Positions 26,613 through 36,830 of a stretch of DNA of 64,000 nt are shown one piece after another. Made by a program: the position numbers and the translations under genes. This DNA is from a virus: positions 32,001 to 96,000 of the IMG/VR virus record IMGVR_UViG_3300027668_002455. One strand, written 5' to 3'. Under the pieces are notes generated by a model that saw nothing but the letters and a program-made list of their open reading frames with translations, was not told where the DNA came from and ran no database searches. Position 1 is the first letter of the stretch. Each line of letters begins with the position of its first letter.

Positions 26613-27760
26613 GTTCCAAGGAAAATCCTAGCATACGAAGAGTATTAACAGGGGCAGATGGCAAAAGAGAGGTAGAAAAAACCTTAAATCAAGAGAAAAA
26701 TCTTGAAGGAAAATTCTGTAGCCGCCCTTTTGATTTTCTTGAGGCCCAAGACTTGGGCGATGGCAGGGTATTTGTTTGTTGTCCTACATGGCTAAATGTC
26801 CCTGTTGGAAAACTTTCCCACCAGTCAGTACAAGAAGCATTTAATTCAGAAACCAATCAAGAGATAAGAAAAAGTATTTTTGATGGGAGCTTTAAGTATT
26901 GTAATCATAAGTTGTGTCCCATGATCCAAAATGAATCCCTCCCATTGGCCAGTGAGGTAACTGATCCGCACCTTAAAGCTATTATAGAAAAGAAACAAAT
27001 TACAAACCTTACCCCCACAGAATACAATCTATGCTATGATCAATCCTGTAATCTGTCGTGTCCAAGCTGTCGCGCTACCAAGATATATATCACAGAGGGC
27101 CCTGCATACGAGCGCAAAAATATAATCCAACAAAAAATCATTAATGAAGTTTTTGGCGAGGCCCACACAAGGTATTGTAAAGTAAACATTACAGGGTCTG
27201 GTGACCCCTTTGGTTCAAAAATCTTCCGAGAATTACTTTTTAGTATCGACGGATCAAAATATCCCAATGTCCACATTTCCCTACAAACAAATGGGGTCAT
27301 GTTTACAGAAAAGTATTGGGAAAAAATGAAAAAAATACAAAAAAATATAAAATGCGTAATTGTATCACTGGACGCATCTACAGAGTCTACTTACAACGTA
27401 GTGCGACGTGGAGGCAATTGGAGCGCCCTTTTAAACAATTTAGAATTCATTTCCAGCCTAAAAGAACAAGGGACAATCCCCTACCTTAGGTTGGACTTTG
27501 TAGTTCAGCGAGAAAACTACAAAGAGATGGCTGGTTTTGTAAAAATAGCCAAGAAATTTAAAGCCACCAAATGTTATTTTTCCCTAGTAAGCGACTGGGG
27601 AACATGGCCCGTTGAGGAGTATAAAAAAAATGCAATCTGGAAAAAAGATCATCCTGAGTTTAGTGAATTTACAAAGGAAATGAGCAACCCGATATTCGAT
27701 GAGCCAATTGTGGACTTAGGAAACCTAACAGAGTACCGGAGGCAGGCATGCTATGAATAA
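26609..27760 (+). CDS. Radical SAM protein with an N-terminal SPASM/twitch-like Cys cluster
   Basis: CNLSCPSC; N-terminal C..PF...CC...C...C; GDPF, QTNG, SLD. Confidence 0.85.
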   Translation: MSSKENPSIRRVLTGADGKREVEKTLNQEKNLEGKFCSRPFDFLEAQDLGDGRVFVCCPTWLNVPVGKLSHQSVQEAFNSETNQEIRKSIFDGSFKYCNHKLCPMIQNESLPLASEVTDPHLKAIIEKKQITNLTPTEYNLCYDQSCNLSCPSCRATKIYITEGPAYERKNIIQQKIINEVFGEAHTRYCKVNITGSGDPFGSKIFRELLFSIDGSKYPNVHISLQTNGVMFTEKYWEKMKKIQKNIKCVIVSLDASTESTYNVVRRGGNWSALLNNLEFISSLKEQGTIPYLRLDFVVQRENYKEMAGFVKIAKKFKATKCYFSLVSDWGTWPVEEYKKNAIWKKDHPEFSEFTKEMSNPIFDEPIVDLGNLTEYRRQACYE

Positions 27761-28589
27761 TATAAATACTTTTTTTGATAAAATTTTTGTCATGAGCCCG
27801 GCCCACAACACAGAGCGCAGGGAATACATAAACAGGCACTTTTATGAAAGGGGAATTACGAATTGGGAATTCCATGACGCCATAGATTACAAGATTCTTA
27901 CCCCCGAAGCTAGAACTTTTCTAGTAAAATCAGAGCTCCTAAGCGACGAGGGACGACCTTGGCTTCCCCTGAATGATACTCAGGTGGTAGCATGTTTGTC
28001 TTTTATGAAAATGCTACTTAAAACTAAGTACTGTAAGTATAATAAAATATTGCATGTAGAAGATGATATTTATTTTTATGATGATTACGAAACCCTATTT
28101 GACACAGCTGTGTCTAATTTACCGGACGACTGGGACGCAGTTCATTTCTACAGTCATGTTCCTGTAGGTTCTCAGAAATTTAACGACAGCTATAGAGAAA
28201 AAATAAACAGTGAGATTTACAAGGGGTTTTCTGAAGGTAGCGGGGCAGCTTGCATCGGCTATAATAAACGGGCAATAGATTTAATGTTTACTAGGGTATT
28301 CCCGATTGATAGTGGCATTGACGGGATAGCAAATACGGTTAGTGGAAATTGGTATGAGGGGCATGAAGACTATATAGCCTATATTTGCAAAAATTTTATA
28401 TGCAGGACCAATTCTAATTTACCCAACAGTCATTCTGGTGCCACAAAAAACAAAAAGGACACACGAAAAGCACAAGATGAACACCTCGTCCCCCCGCACA
28501 TGACTACCGATGAAGAAAAAGAAGCCCTTCGACTAGAATCCCGAGACCACTCTTGGAAAAAAGACTACCCGAAAAGGCCAGTGGAATGA
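27753..28589 (+). CDS. Glycosyltransferase family 25-like
   Basis: ERRE, DAID, ACLS, VEDD. Confidence 0.7.
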   Translation: MNNINTFFDKIFVMSPAHNTERREYINRHFYERGITNWEFHDAIDYKILTPEARTFLVKSELLSDEGRPWLPLNDTQVVACLSFMKMLLKTKYCKYNKILHVEDDIYFYDDYETLFDTAVSNLPDDWDAVHFYSHVPVGSQKFNDSYREKINSEIYKGFSEGSGAACIGYNKRAIDLMFTRVFPIDSGIDGIANTVSGNWYEGHEDYIAYICKNFICRTNSNLPNSHSGATKNKKDTRKAQDEHLVPPHMTTDEEKEALRLESRDHSWKKDYPKRPVE

Positions 28590-29584
28590 TTCTTATAAGA
28601 AGGCCATCCACATCCGAAGGGAATGTCGGAGACTTGGCATTGCAAAAAGTTATTCGAGAAGAATTAAGCAACGCAAATATAGATTATGACATGCCAGATA
28701 CGAATAAAATATGTGATAAAAATATAAATGATTATAAATATCTTGTTTATTTTGGGTGTGACTGCATTGCATATTGGAGCATAAGCAAAGACATAATTGA
28801 AAAATTTCTTTTAGCTAAAAAAGATGTTTACATTATCAACATGAGTTATGGTAATAATGTCGGAAATAATTTTATTGATACAATAGTTGGCCACAAAAAT
28901 CTGCATTTATTCATACGTGACCAATGCTCCCTAGACCTTCTGAGGGCAAAGTTTAGTTTTTATAATCCACCAATACTGGTTGCTGACTTAGCTCATCTAT
29001 GTAAGGAAAATGAGGAAAGCAAAGATGAGGAGCTAGAAAGATGGATGGAGTTATCAAATAAAAAAATAGTGGGAATAAATATCCACAAAGACTTCGGGAG
29101 ATATAATGGACAGGTATTTGATAGCATTAAAAATTTTATTTTATGCAAAAAACACGAATATAGATTTTTATTAATACCACATGACCGACGAAAACAAGAG
29201 AAGGAATTACTAAAAGAACTGGTAAAAAAAATGAGCGGCGTGGACACTTACTTAAGTCACCATATGGACCCGGAATATGAAAAGAAGATAACCAAACAAC
29301 TTTATTTTGCAATTACCGGGAGAATGCATTTGTCAATCTTAACCATTCCCAATGGGGTTCCATGCATAGTTATAGAGTATAAGGGGACTAAGTCCTTGGG
29401 GACACTAAGTCATTGGGGGATATCTGATTTGGCTATAGACCCCAAGAACATTGACAGGTTGCCTGAAATAATTAAAAAGCTAGAGTCTAATTATGGGGAT
29501 TATGTTAGGACCATAAATCAAAACCACAAAAAGGTCATGTCTCTATCAAAGAAACAGCTAACTAAAATTATAAATATCTATTGA
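28586..29584 (+). CDS. Polysaccharide pyruvyltransferase family
   Basis: GNVGD, IRD..S, ADLA, TGRMH...GVP. Confidence 0.8.
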   Translation: MILIRRPSTSEGNVGDLALQKVIREELSNANIDYDMPDTNKICDKNINDYKYLVYFGCDCIAYWSISKDIIEKFLLAKKDVYIINMSYGNNVGNNFIDTIVGHKNLHLFIRDQCSLDLLRAKFSFYNPPILVADLAHLCKENEESKDEELERWMELSNKKIVGINIHKDFGRYNGQVFDSIKNFILCKKHEYRFLLIPHDRRKQEKELLKELVKKMSGVDTYLSHHMDPEYEKKITKQLYFAITGRMHLSILTIPNGVPCIVIEYKGTKSLGTLSHWGISDLAIDPKNIDRLPEIIKKLESNYGDYVRTINQNHKKVMSLSKKQLTKIINIY

Positions 29585-30444
29585 AAATTTACATACACAA
29601 CAGTAAGGGATTTCACTACGAAGTGATAGAGTCGGTTATTTGTAAGTATGACCAGATAGTAGGTGTCCATAAGAGCGAGGAGGACGAGGTGGTTTTAGGG
29701 CTACAGGGGCCCAAGAATAGCAAGGATTTTTCTGAATATATTATAAATAAATATCCTCATATAAAATTTTTAGGTTATACCACCGACCACAGTTTTTTTC
29801 CTTTCTGTAATGATGCAGATTATTATATTGAGTGCAGTATGTACGGCTGTTCCTTTTTAGAAGAATATGCGGATGAAAATAAATATTTTTATATAAACCA
29901 CGCAGTTAATAAAAGGCTTAAAGATTCTAAAAATGTTTTTTACTTAACCCCTCTGGGCGGAGAGCGTTATATTTACGCTGATATTTTGCCTTGGTCTGAC
30001 TCCATGAAGATGAGTGATACCCCAACCTACATAATCCAAGGGGCGTACACCCGACGAAACTGGGGGTTAATAAAGCAGGTTTTAGATTGTGAGGAATTAA
30101 AAAACTTACCATTCAAAATAAAAGTGGTAGGACACGGAGTAGGGGCCCTGCCATTTACTGACAGAAGGTTGATTATTAAGAGCGGGCTTCCCTTTAGGGA
30201 GTATCACAAACAATTTCTAGACTGTTATTGCATAATGCCCCTAATTACAAAGAAAGAAAAACCTGAGTATTACACAAATAAGTTAACATCTTCAATTAGT
30301 TATGCCCGCGCTTATAATTTAAAAACGCTGCTGGATGAAGATCTACAAAATATATATAATTTAAAAAACGCTGAAGTCTATGATCATCCCGATCATTTCG
30401 TGGAAGCTTTTCATAAAACATTGAAAGATTTTAATAATGATTAA
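29581..30444 (+). CDS. Hypothetical protein in the glycan cluster
   Basis: Long ORF, TTG start overlapping the upstream stop. Confidence 0.55.
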   Translation: MKIYIHNSKGFHYEVIESVICKYDQIVGVHKSEEDEVVLGLQGPKNSKDFSEYIINKYPHIKFLGYTTDHSFFPFCNDADYYIECSMYGCSFLEEYADENKYFYINHAVNKRLKDSKNVFYLTPLGGERYIYADILPWSDSMKMSDTPTYIIQGAYTRRNWGLIKQVLDCEELKNLPFKIKVVGHGVGALPFTDRRLIIKSGLPFREYHKQFLDCYCIMPLITKKEKPEYYTNKLTSSISYARAYNLKTLLDEDLQNIYNLKNAEVYDHPDHFVEAFHKTLKDFNND

Positions 30445-31351
30445 CTTTAGTTATATAGCAGATAAAATTAGGACCGCAGAGTTTATCTCCGATCCTTTTC
30501 CTCATCTTGAAATTAATGATTTTTTATCTGATGAGCATTTGGATATTTTATTAACTGATAAGCAGGTTCATTTTCATCGAGAACTTATAGATGATGATGA
30601 TTTGTACCGTGCACTACTAGACAACAAATACAAAATTCAAAAATTTCCGGGATGTATGTCTAATTGGGAGATGTATAAAAAGATGATATTAAATAAGGAT
30701 AAGTTTGAGGGCTGGCAGAAACACTGTGTCTTACCATCGTATAATGTTTTGGAGTCGGCTGGGATTACATTTAGATTAACACATCGGAGCGTTAGAAATC
30801 CTGCTGTGAGAAGCTTGGTCAGATACATGAATGAAGCTGAATTTCATAATGTCTTGAAAAATAAATTTGAGGTTACTAAAGAAACAAAAGTTATATCTGC
30901 TATACAAAAGAATTTAACTGGTTATGAGATAACGCCACACCCAGATATTAGACAAAAATGTTTAACCTACCTACTGAACATCAACAGGGACGATAGCATC
31001 GAGAATGAAGATGTTCATACGCATTTATTGAAATTTAAAGACGCCTACAAGAATGTTGAGAGATACTGGGATGAGACCGACTATCAACGAGGGTGGGTCC
31101 CTTGGGATTATTGCAATACTGTTAAGAAAATAGCCAAGAATAATACCGCGATTATTTTTGCTCCAGCTTCAAGCCCTCCCACATTGCACGCAGTAAAATT
31201 GGATTATGATCATAAAAAGTTTCAGAGGACTCAGATATATGGTAATTTAAATTACACCGCTCCCCCTAAATACCCTAATCCGCCTATAGATTGGGCGGAT
31301 CGCCTGAGGGGAGGACAATTAAACTTGGGGGGTTTAGGACTACAGAAATGA
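30437..31351 (+). CDS. 2OG-Fe(II) oxygenase
   Basis: PFPH.EI.DFL, HPD, distal LHAV, R.Q. Confidence 0.75.
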   Translation: MINFSYIADKIRTAEFISDPFPHLEINDFLSDEHLDILLTDKQVHFHRELIDDDDLYRALLDNKYKIQKFPGCMSNWEMYKKMILNKDKFEGWQKHCVLPSYNVLESAGITFRLTHRSVRNPAVRSLVRYMNEAEFHNVLKNKFEVTKETKVISAIQKNLTGYEITPHPDIRQKCLTYLLNINRDDSIENEDVHTHLLKFKDAYKNVERYWDETDYQRGWVPWDYCNTVKKIAKNNTAIIFAPASSPPTLHAVKLDYDHKKFQRTQIYGNLNYTAPPKYPNPPIDWADRLRGGQLNLGGLGLQK

Positions 31352-32550
31352 AGATCGCTGTTTGTATATTTGGTCAGCCTAGGTTTTATAAAGAATCTGG
31401 GGAATCTTTTCGAAAAGAATATTTCGATCTTCCCGGTCATGAAGTTGATATTTTTATGCATTGCTGGGATGAAATCGGATATACCCCCAAAGACGACATA
31501 AATAATTCTAACAAAAAACATAATTCCGAAAAATTGAAAGATGAGCTCTTTAATTTATACCAGCCAAAGGGGATGTTAGTTGAATCTCCCGAAGGAAGCT
31601 TTAGCGAGACGGCAAGGTCTCTCGCAAAAACTATCTTTACGGTAAGGGATAGTAAATTGTATGAGGATAAGGATTGGAGAAAGTGCCTAGGGAAGAAACG
31701 CGTTAAGACATTCTCATCAGGCGACGATGCTAAAACGTCCATTAGGATAGCTAATGAAAAGATATTGTATTATGAGATGGGTCAATTTTACAGCCTTGAC
31801 CAAGCCATGAATCTAAAAGCTTGGTATGAAAAAGAAAATAATTTTAAATATGATTTAGTAATCAGAGTAAGGACTGATGCCTTTTTTCGCCCCGTGGAAA
31901 TTTATCCTAGCGAAGAAGAGTACTACTTGGAAAAGGAGAACTATTATACAAAGCTACACAAAAATTGTGAGGGTAAGGGGGTCATGTGTCACGGGCTCCA
32001 AGTAATATGTGATCAATCTCACCCAGATTCATCAGGAATGAAGATCAGTCTTGAGAAAATTAATTTCGAAGGAGGGGAGGTGGCTGAGGTCATATTAAAA
32101 GACAAAGAGGTTAATATTTTTCCCGATTCCTTTTTAGACCCAAACGGGCACCCCTCTTTCCCTTGGAGGCTCCACATAAAAGACTGGATTATATACGCCG
32201 ATAGCGAGACTGCTGACAGGGTCTGGGCTGGAATGCTTTCTACATATATAGCACTGGTATCAAATGACATAGTAAGGTTTATGGGTAACAAGCAGATTGG
32301 GCTTATTCCCGGGGGAGAAGTCGTTAACGGGGCAGCTGCACTACTAAATAACAGCTGTCTTCACAGGCAACCCCTCCAAGGAAGATGCTTAAAAATTGTT
32401 CACCCTAATGAATCGATGAGGAAGAGTGGTTTTAAAGGTAAGCACTTAAGCAGCAAGAAGCTTGGTATCATAAGGGGTGGGTCAGTAATATCCATGGGCT
32501 CCCACCAAGACATGGTTGACAGAATACTTGAGTGGGTTGAGAAAAAATAA
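31348..32550 (+). CDS. Putative glycosyltransferase-like protein
   Basis: KIAVCIFGQPR, DIFMH.W, YDLVIRVRTD; start revised to 31348. Confidence 0.6.
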   Translation: MKIAVCIFGQPRFYKESGESFRKEYFDLPGHEVDIFMHCWDEIGYTPKDDINNSNKKHNSEKLKDELFNLYQPKGMLVESPEGSFSETARSLAKTIFTVRDSKLYEDKDWRKCLGKKRVKTFSSGDDAKTSIRIANEKILYYEMGQFYSLDQAMNLKAWYEKENNFKYDLVIRVRTDAFFRPVEIYPSEEEYYLEKENYYTKLHKNCEGKGVMCHGLQVICDQSHPDSSGMKISLEKINFEGGEVAEVILKDKEVNIFPDSFLDPNGHPSFPWRLHIKDWIIYADSETADRVWAGMLSTYIALVSNDIVRFMGNKQIGLIPGGEVVNGAAALLNNSCLHRQPLQGRCLKIVHPNESMRKSGFKGKHLSSKKLGIIRGGSVISMGSHQDMVDRILEWVEKK

Positions 32551-33212
32551 TGTCCTGTAAAAGAAATAATTTTATTTTTATCCATAACCCAAAAACAGGG
32601 GGAGAAACTATAGAAACGTTATTAAAACACCGCAAAAACCATTCATATGCTTATGAATTAAAGGATAAAATTAAAAATAAATATTCTTTTGTTTTTGTTA
32701 GGCACCCAGTTACAAGAATTATATCGTGGTATAATCACTTGTTAAAACATAGATATTATAAAGATATAGAAAATAATAAATTGAACAACTCTAGCACGTG
32801 CTATGATAAGCTTAAAAAGTCCCACAAAATGGGACCCCGAGTGCACAGGCAGATTGCAGAAAAAAATAATATCAATGATTGGATTAAAATAATGCTTAAT
32901 GATGTTGATACATATAATAAACCACAATGGGGACCATTATCCCATCAATATTTGTATGTTTATGATACAGACGGTAAAACAAAATTAGTATCAGAATTTT
33001 TTAAATTTGAAAATTATCAAGAAGAACTAATAAAAATATTTAAGAAATTAAAGAAAGAGGAATTAATTAAAAGCATAGATAAAACAAATCACTCCAAAAA
33101 AATAAATGATAAACTAACCAGTGAATCTATAGAACTGATATATAATTATTTTGAAAAAGATTTTGAACTTTTCAATTATAAAAAATATGAATATGATTGT
33201 ACACTAAAATGA
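32550..33212 (+). CDS. Sulfotransferase (Sulfotransfer_2)
   Basis: FIHNPKTGG, FVRHP..R..SWY, DFELFNY. Confidence 0.85.
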   Translation: MSCKRNNFIFIHNPKTGGETIETLLKHRKNHSYAYELKDKIKNKYSFVFVRHPVTRIISWYNHLLKHRYYKDIENNKLNNSSTCYDKLKKSHKMGPRVHRQIAEKNNINDWIKIMLNDVDTYNKPQWGPLSHQYLYVYDTDGKTKLVSEFFKFENYQEELIKIFKKLKKEELIKSIDKTNHSKKINDKLTSESIELIYNYFEKDFELFNYKKYEYDCTLK

Positions 33213-33865
33213 AAACGGCAGCATTCATACCAATTAAAAGCAACTCCGAAAGAGTGAAAGGAAAAAATTTCACAAAGCTCTGCGGCAAAAAGCTTTATGA
33301 ACACATTATACTCAATGCCTTGGAAGCATCGTGTTTTGATGCCATCTATGTAGATACAGACAGTCAAGAGATAAAAGACTTTTGCAACAAAAATAATACA
33401 TATATAATTGAAAGAGACCCGCGCCTAGCAAGTAACAGTGCAAATGGAAATGATTTACTTAACCACCACGCGTATAACTTCCCTGCGTACGATTTATATT
33501 TTCAACTATTTGCAACAGCGCCCTTTTTAAAACCCAGCACGATTGCTGAGTGTGTTGGTAAGTTAGCCACAACAAATAAACACGATTCTATACTAACGGT
33601 TACTGAAGAGCCCGGTTGGTACTGGGTAAACGGAGTCCCCGTTAATTACAGACCGGGGATACTACCGAGAAGCCAAGATGCAGTGTCGGTTCTTAAGGAG
33701 AGCACGGGGCTTTATGGAGTAAGCAGGAGCTCTTTGAGAAAATACCAATGTAGGATAGGAGCAAAACCCATTTTCCACAAGATAGATAGGGTGGAGGCTA
33801 TGGATTTAGATACTGTAGATGATTTTTTAATAGCAAAGAGTTTTTGTAAAGATGAAGAAGCTTGA
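33209..33865 (+). CDS. Acylneuraminate/KDO cytidylyltransferase family
   Basis: IPIK..SERVKGKN, VDTDS, TAPF, DLDT.DDF. Confidence 0.85.
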   Translation: MKTAAFIPIKSNSERVKGKNFTKLCGKKLYEHIILNALEASCFDAIYVDTDSQEIKDFCNKNNTYIIERDPRLASNSANGNDLLNHHAYNFPAYDLYFQLFATAPFLKPSTIAECVGKLATTNKHDSILTVTEEPGWYWVNGVPVNYRPGILPRSQDAVSVLKESTGLYGVSRSSLRKYQCRIGAKPIFHKIDRVEAMDLDTVDDFLIAKSFCKDEEA

Positions 33866-34391
33866 AACAGAAAATATAGAATCAGTTTTTGAAAGAGTAA
33901 TAAATAGCTCTGAGTGGGGCCTTTTACAACGTCATTTTAATCGTAGCAAAGATATATATTTAGCGGGTAACGGTGGTAATTCAGCCATCGCTGACCACGG
34001 CGCAATAGATATGACTCGCCATACTGACAAAAATATCGTATGTGCCGGAAGTGCTGTCTTAGCTACATCAATTATAAATGATGTTGGTTTTGAAAAGTGG
34101 ACATCTAAATGGCTAGATTTTATTTTGAGGGGTAGAGAAAAAGTTGGGGGAGGCATGTTCATAGGTATATCTGCCTCTGGTACATCAAAAAACCTTTTAG
34201 ATGCCTTAGATTATTGTGATGAAAGGGGCCGCGTTTCCGCATTAATAACAGCAAAGCCCCCAAAGGTAGAAAAGCCAAATTCTATAATAGTAGTTCTTGA
34301 CGTTGAATACTATCACACTGCAGAGGTATTAAGCCTTATGTTAATGTACCAACTTATAATTGGCTCTGGATTTAACTGTCCAAAAATATGA
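33852..34391 (+). CDS. SIS-domain sugar isomerase (GmhA-like)
   Basis: GNGGNSAIADH, ISASG.S.N. Confidence 0.75.
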   Translation: MKKLETENIESVFERVINSSEWGLLQRHFNRSKDIYLAGNGGNSAIADHGAIDMTRHTDKNIVCAGSAVLATSIINDVGFEKWTSKWLDFILRGREKVGGGMFIGISASGTSKNLLDALDYCDERGRVSALITAKPPKVEKPNSIIVVLDVEYYHTAEVLSLMLMYQLIIGSGFNCPKI

Positions 34392-35044
34392 TAATATCCC
34401 ACAAACATAAATTCATTTTCTTCCACCTTCAAAAAACAGGGGGAACATCGATTGCTCACGCGATGTTTCCTCAGTTGGGAAAAGAGGATGAGGTGATAGG
34501 ATATAAAAAGCTACAAGAAAAAAATCCCGAGTCCCCGCTCTCTAAGCACTCTTCTTGCTTAAGTGTTTTTGATTCTATGGATATTGATGTTTATAAAGAC
34601 TATTTTAAGTTTGCGTTTGTTAGAAATCCCTATGACTTATTCGTTTCCCTTTATCACTGGTGGCAAAAAACCCCCTCTTGGGATGATCCGTCCTTATTAC
34701 AAACAAGACTGAGTAAAGTAGAAAGTTTCGAAGAATTTTGTTATAGATATGAACAAATTAAAAAGCCTTATAATTTTTTATATGACAACCACTTTTTTAG
34801 CACTCAATATAAGTACTTTTTCTTTAATGACAGTCTTTTATTTAATTTTTTAGGAAGACATGAAACCCTTCAAGAGGACTACGAGAAAATATGCAAAATC
34901 ATAGGGATACGTTCATCTACCCTTGAAAAACTAAATGTATCAGAAAGAGACGCAAACCATAGAATCTACTACAATGAAAATTGCATCAAATACGTTAAGC
35001 GAAAATATAAAAAAGAATTAAAAACATTTAATTATAAATTTTAA
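34388..35044 (+). CDS. Sulfotransferase (Sulfotransfer_2)
   Basis: FFHLQKTGGTS, FVRNPYD..VSLY. Confidence 0.85.
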   Translation: MIISHKHKFIFFHLQKTGGTSIAHAMFPQLGKEDEVIGYKKLQEKNPESPLSKHSSCLSVFDSMDIDVYKDYFKFAFVRNPYDLFVSLYHWWQKTPSWDDPSLLQTRLSKVESFEEFCYRYEQIKKPYNFLYDNHFFSTQYKYFFFNDSLLFNFLGRHETLQEDYEKICKIIGIRSSTLEKLNVSERDANHRIYYNENCIKYVKRKYKKELKTFNYKF

Positions 35045-35047
35045 TAT

Positions 35048-35124
35048 GCTCTCGTAGCTCAATTGGATAGAGCATCTGTCTTCTAAACAGAGGGTTCTGG
35101 GTTCAAGTCCCAGTGAGAGTACCA
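35048..35124 (+). tRNA. tRNA-Arg(UCU)
   Basis: Full cloverleaf, anticodon loop CTTCTAA, GTTCAAGTC T-arm, encoded CCA. Confidence 0.95.
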
Positions 35125-35130
35125 TTTATA

Positions 35131-35613
35131 ATGAAAGAGGATATAAATAAAAAATATTTAGATGACCCCAAGTTCCACCGGATAATAAACAGTCTAATGA
35201 ACATAGAGCTTACAGTGGTAGCGGCTAGTGGTTATTTTGACCCACTTCATGTGGGTCATGTAGAATACTTAGAGAAGGCTAAGGCTCTTGGGGATAAGCT
35301 GGTTGTTATTGTGAATAGCGACGCTCAAGCCGCACTGAAAAAAGGGAAGTCTTTCATGAGTCAGGGCGATAGATTGAAAATCATTAAATCTTTAAGGTGC
35401 GTAGATGAAGCCTTCATTGCCATTGACACTGACCAAACCGTATGCAAGTCCCTGATAGCCTGTGACCCACATATTTTTGCAAATGGCGGAGATCGCTCGG
35501 AAGAAGAAATACCCGAGGCTGGAATATGCAAGGAAACAGGCATCGAAATGGTAGATGAATTAGGAAGAAAAATCAGGTCATCTTCTGATTATACAGGGTT
35601 AAAGAGTGGTTAA
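35131..35613 (+). CDS. Cytidylyl/adenylyltransferase (HxGH family, RfaE/TagD/RibL-like)
   Basis: SGYFDPLHVGH, VNSD, NGGDR, SSS. Confidence 0.85.
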   Translation: MKEDINKKYLDDPKFHRIINSLMNIELTVVAASGYFDPLHVGHVEYLEKAKALGDKLVVIVNSDAQAALKKGKSFMSQGDRLKIIKSLRCVDEAFIAIDTDQTVCKSLIACDPHIFANGGDRSEEEIPEAGICKETGIEMVDELGRKIRSSSDYTGLKSG

Positions 35614-35634
35614 AAAGTGTAATATAATTACACG

Positions 35635-35814
35635 ATGCAACTAAAATACTATGAATGCCCCTATTGCCCACCAGCAATTGATAATCGATTAGTACTTAAT
35701 CGGTTAGACGGAGCAGAGTCAAAACCAGTATATAAGTGCGGAAAGTGTGCTGAAGAATTTTTTGCCACTGAAGACTTTCGTCGAACCCAGTATCGTAAAA
35801 TAAAAGATGGCTAA
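35635..35814 (+). CDS. Small zinc-ribbon protein (59 aa, not in ORF track)
   Basis: CPYC...CGKC; preceded by GTGTAA. Confidence 0.6.
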   Translation: MQLKYYECPYCPPAIDNRLVLNRLDGAESKPVYKCGKCAEEFFATEDFRRTQYRKIKDG

Positions 35815-35890
35815 TTTAATACTTTTTTAAGTATTTTATTAATTTTTCACGATTTTTTGTAATTGTGTAAATTTTATTAGTATAATTATT

Positions 35891-36829
35891 ATGAAAAAAT
35901 TACTATCCTCTTTGATCGTAGCTTCTCTTCTGGTTCTACCCTCGCAAGCCGAAGAAAAGAAAAAACAAACCACAGCAGAACATTTACAAAATGTGTCTGT
36001 AACGATTAGAGCCGAGGGCTCATTCTCATCCGGTGAGGGTTCAGGGGTAATTTTCACACGAAAAGATGCAAAAGGAAATTTAGTAAATTTTGTATGGACT
36101 GCCGGACATGTCGTAGATAACTTAAGGTCCACAAGGGATATCCTCGTAGACGGCAAATCTAAAACGGTAGTTGAATTTAAAGACCCCCTAGTTGTTAAAG
36201 AGATCAGGCAAAACGGACGAACCGTAGGACGTCTCCAAATGGATGCTGAAGTTCTTAAGTATTCCGACGCAAAAGATGGTCATGACTTAGCTCTGCTGCG
36301 AGTTAGAAAACTTAACTTTGTACAAGACACCGTGACCTTTTACCTTGAAGAAAAAATTCCGCCCCTAGGCGAAGACCTCCTGCATGTTGGAAGTTTACTG
36401 GGCCAGATGGGAGCAAACAGTATGACTGATGGAATTTATTCACAGCATGGTAGATTAATTAAAAGCTTAAACAAGCACGTATTCGACCAAACAACCTGCA
36501 CGGCTTTTCCCGGCTCGAGTGGCGGCGGCGTCTACTTAAAATCTGACGCTCGATATGTAGGGATGTTAGTCAGAGGGGCTGGAGAAGGGTTTAATCTCAT
36601 TGTCCCCGCACGTAGAATGCAAGAGTACTGCGAAAAACATAAAATCATGTGGGCCTTAGATGGAAAGATCAAAATGCCCACCGAGGAAGAACTAAAGAAA
36701 CTTCCTATTGAGCATGAACCAAAAGAAAAAACCGAAGAAACCGAAGAAGAAAGTGCTGCTAAGAAACTGTTTCCCTTCAGACTGAGGGTGACATATCCAA
36801 AAATCTTAATCTTAAAAGAAAAGAACTAA
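35891..36829 (+). CDS. Secreted trypsin-like serine protease
   Basis: Signal peptide; TAGHV, DLALL, GSSGGG catalytic triad. Confidence 0.9.
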   Translation: MKKLLSSLIVASLLVLPSQAEEKKKQTTAEHLQNVSVTIRAEGSFSSGEGSGVIFTRKDAKGNLVNFVWTAGHVVDNLRSTRDILVDGKSKTVVEFKDPLVVKEIRQNGRTVGRLQMDAEVLKYSDAKDGHDLALLRVRKLNFVQDTVTFYLEEKIPPLGEDLLHVGSLLGQMGANSMTDGIYSQHGRLIKSLNKHVFDQTTCTAFPGSSGGGVYLKSDARYVGMLVRGAGEGFNLIVPARRMQEYCEKHKIMWALDGKIKMPTEEELKKLPIEHEPKEKTEETEEESAAKKLFPFRLRVTYPKILILKEKN

Positions 36830-36830
36830 T

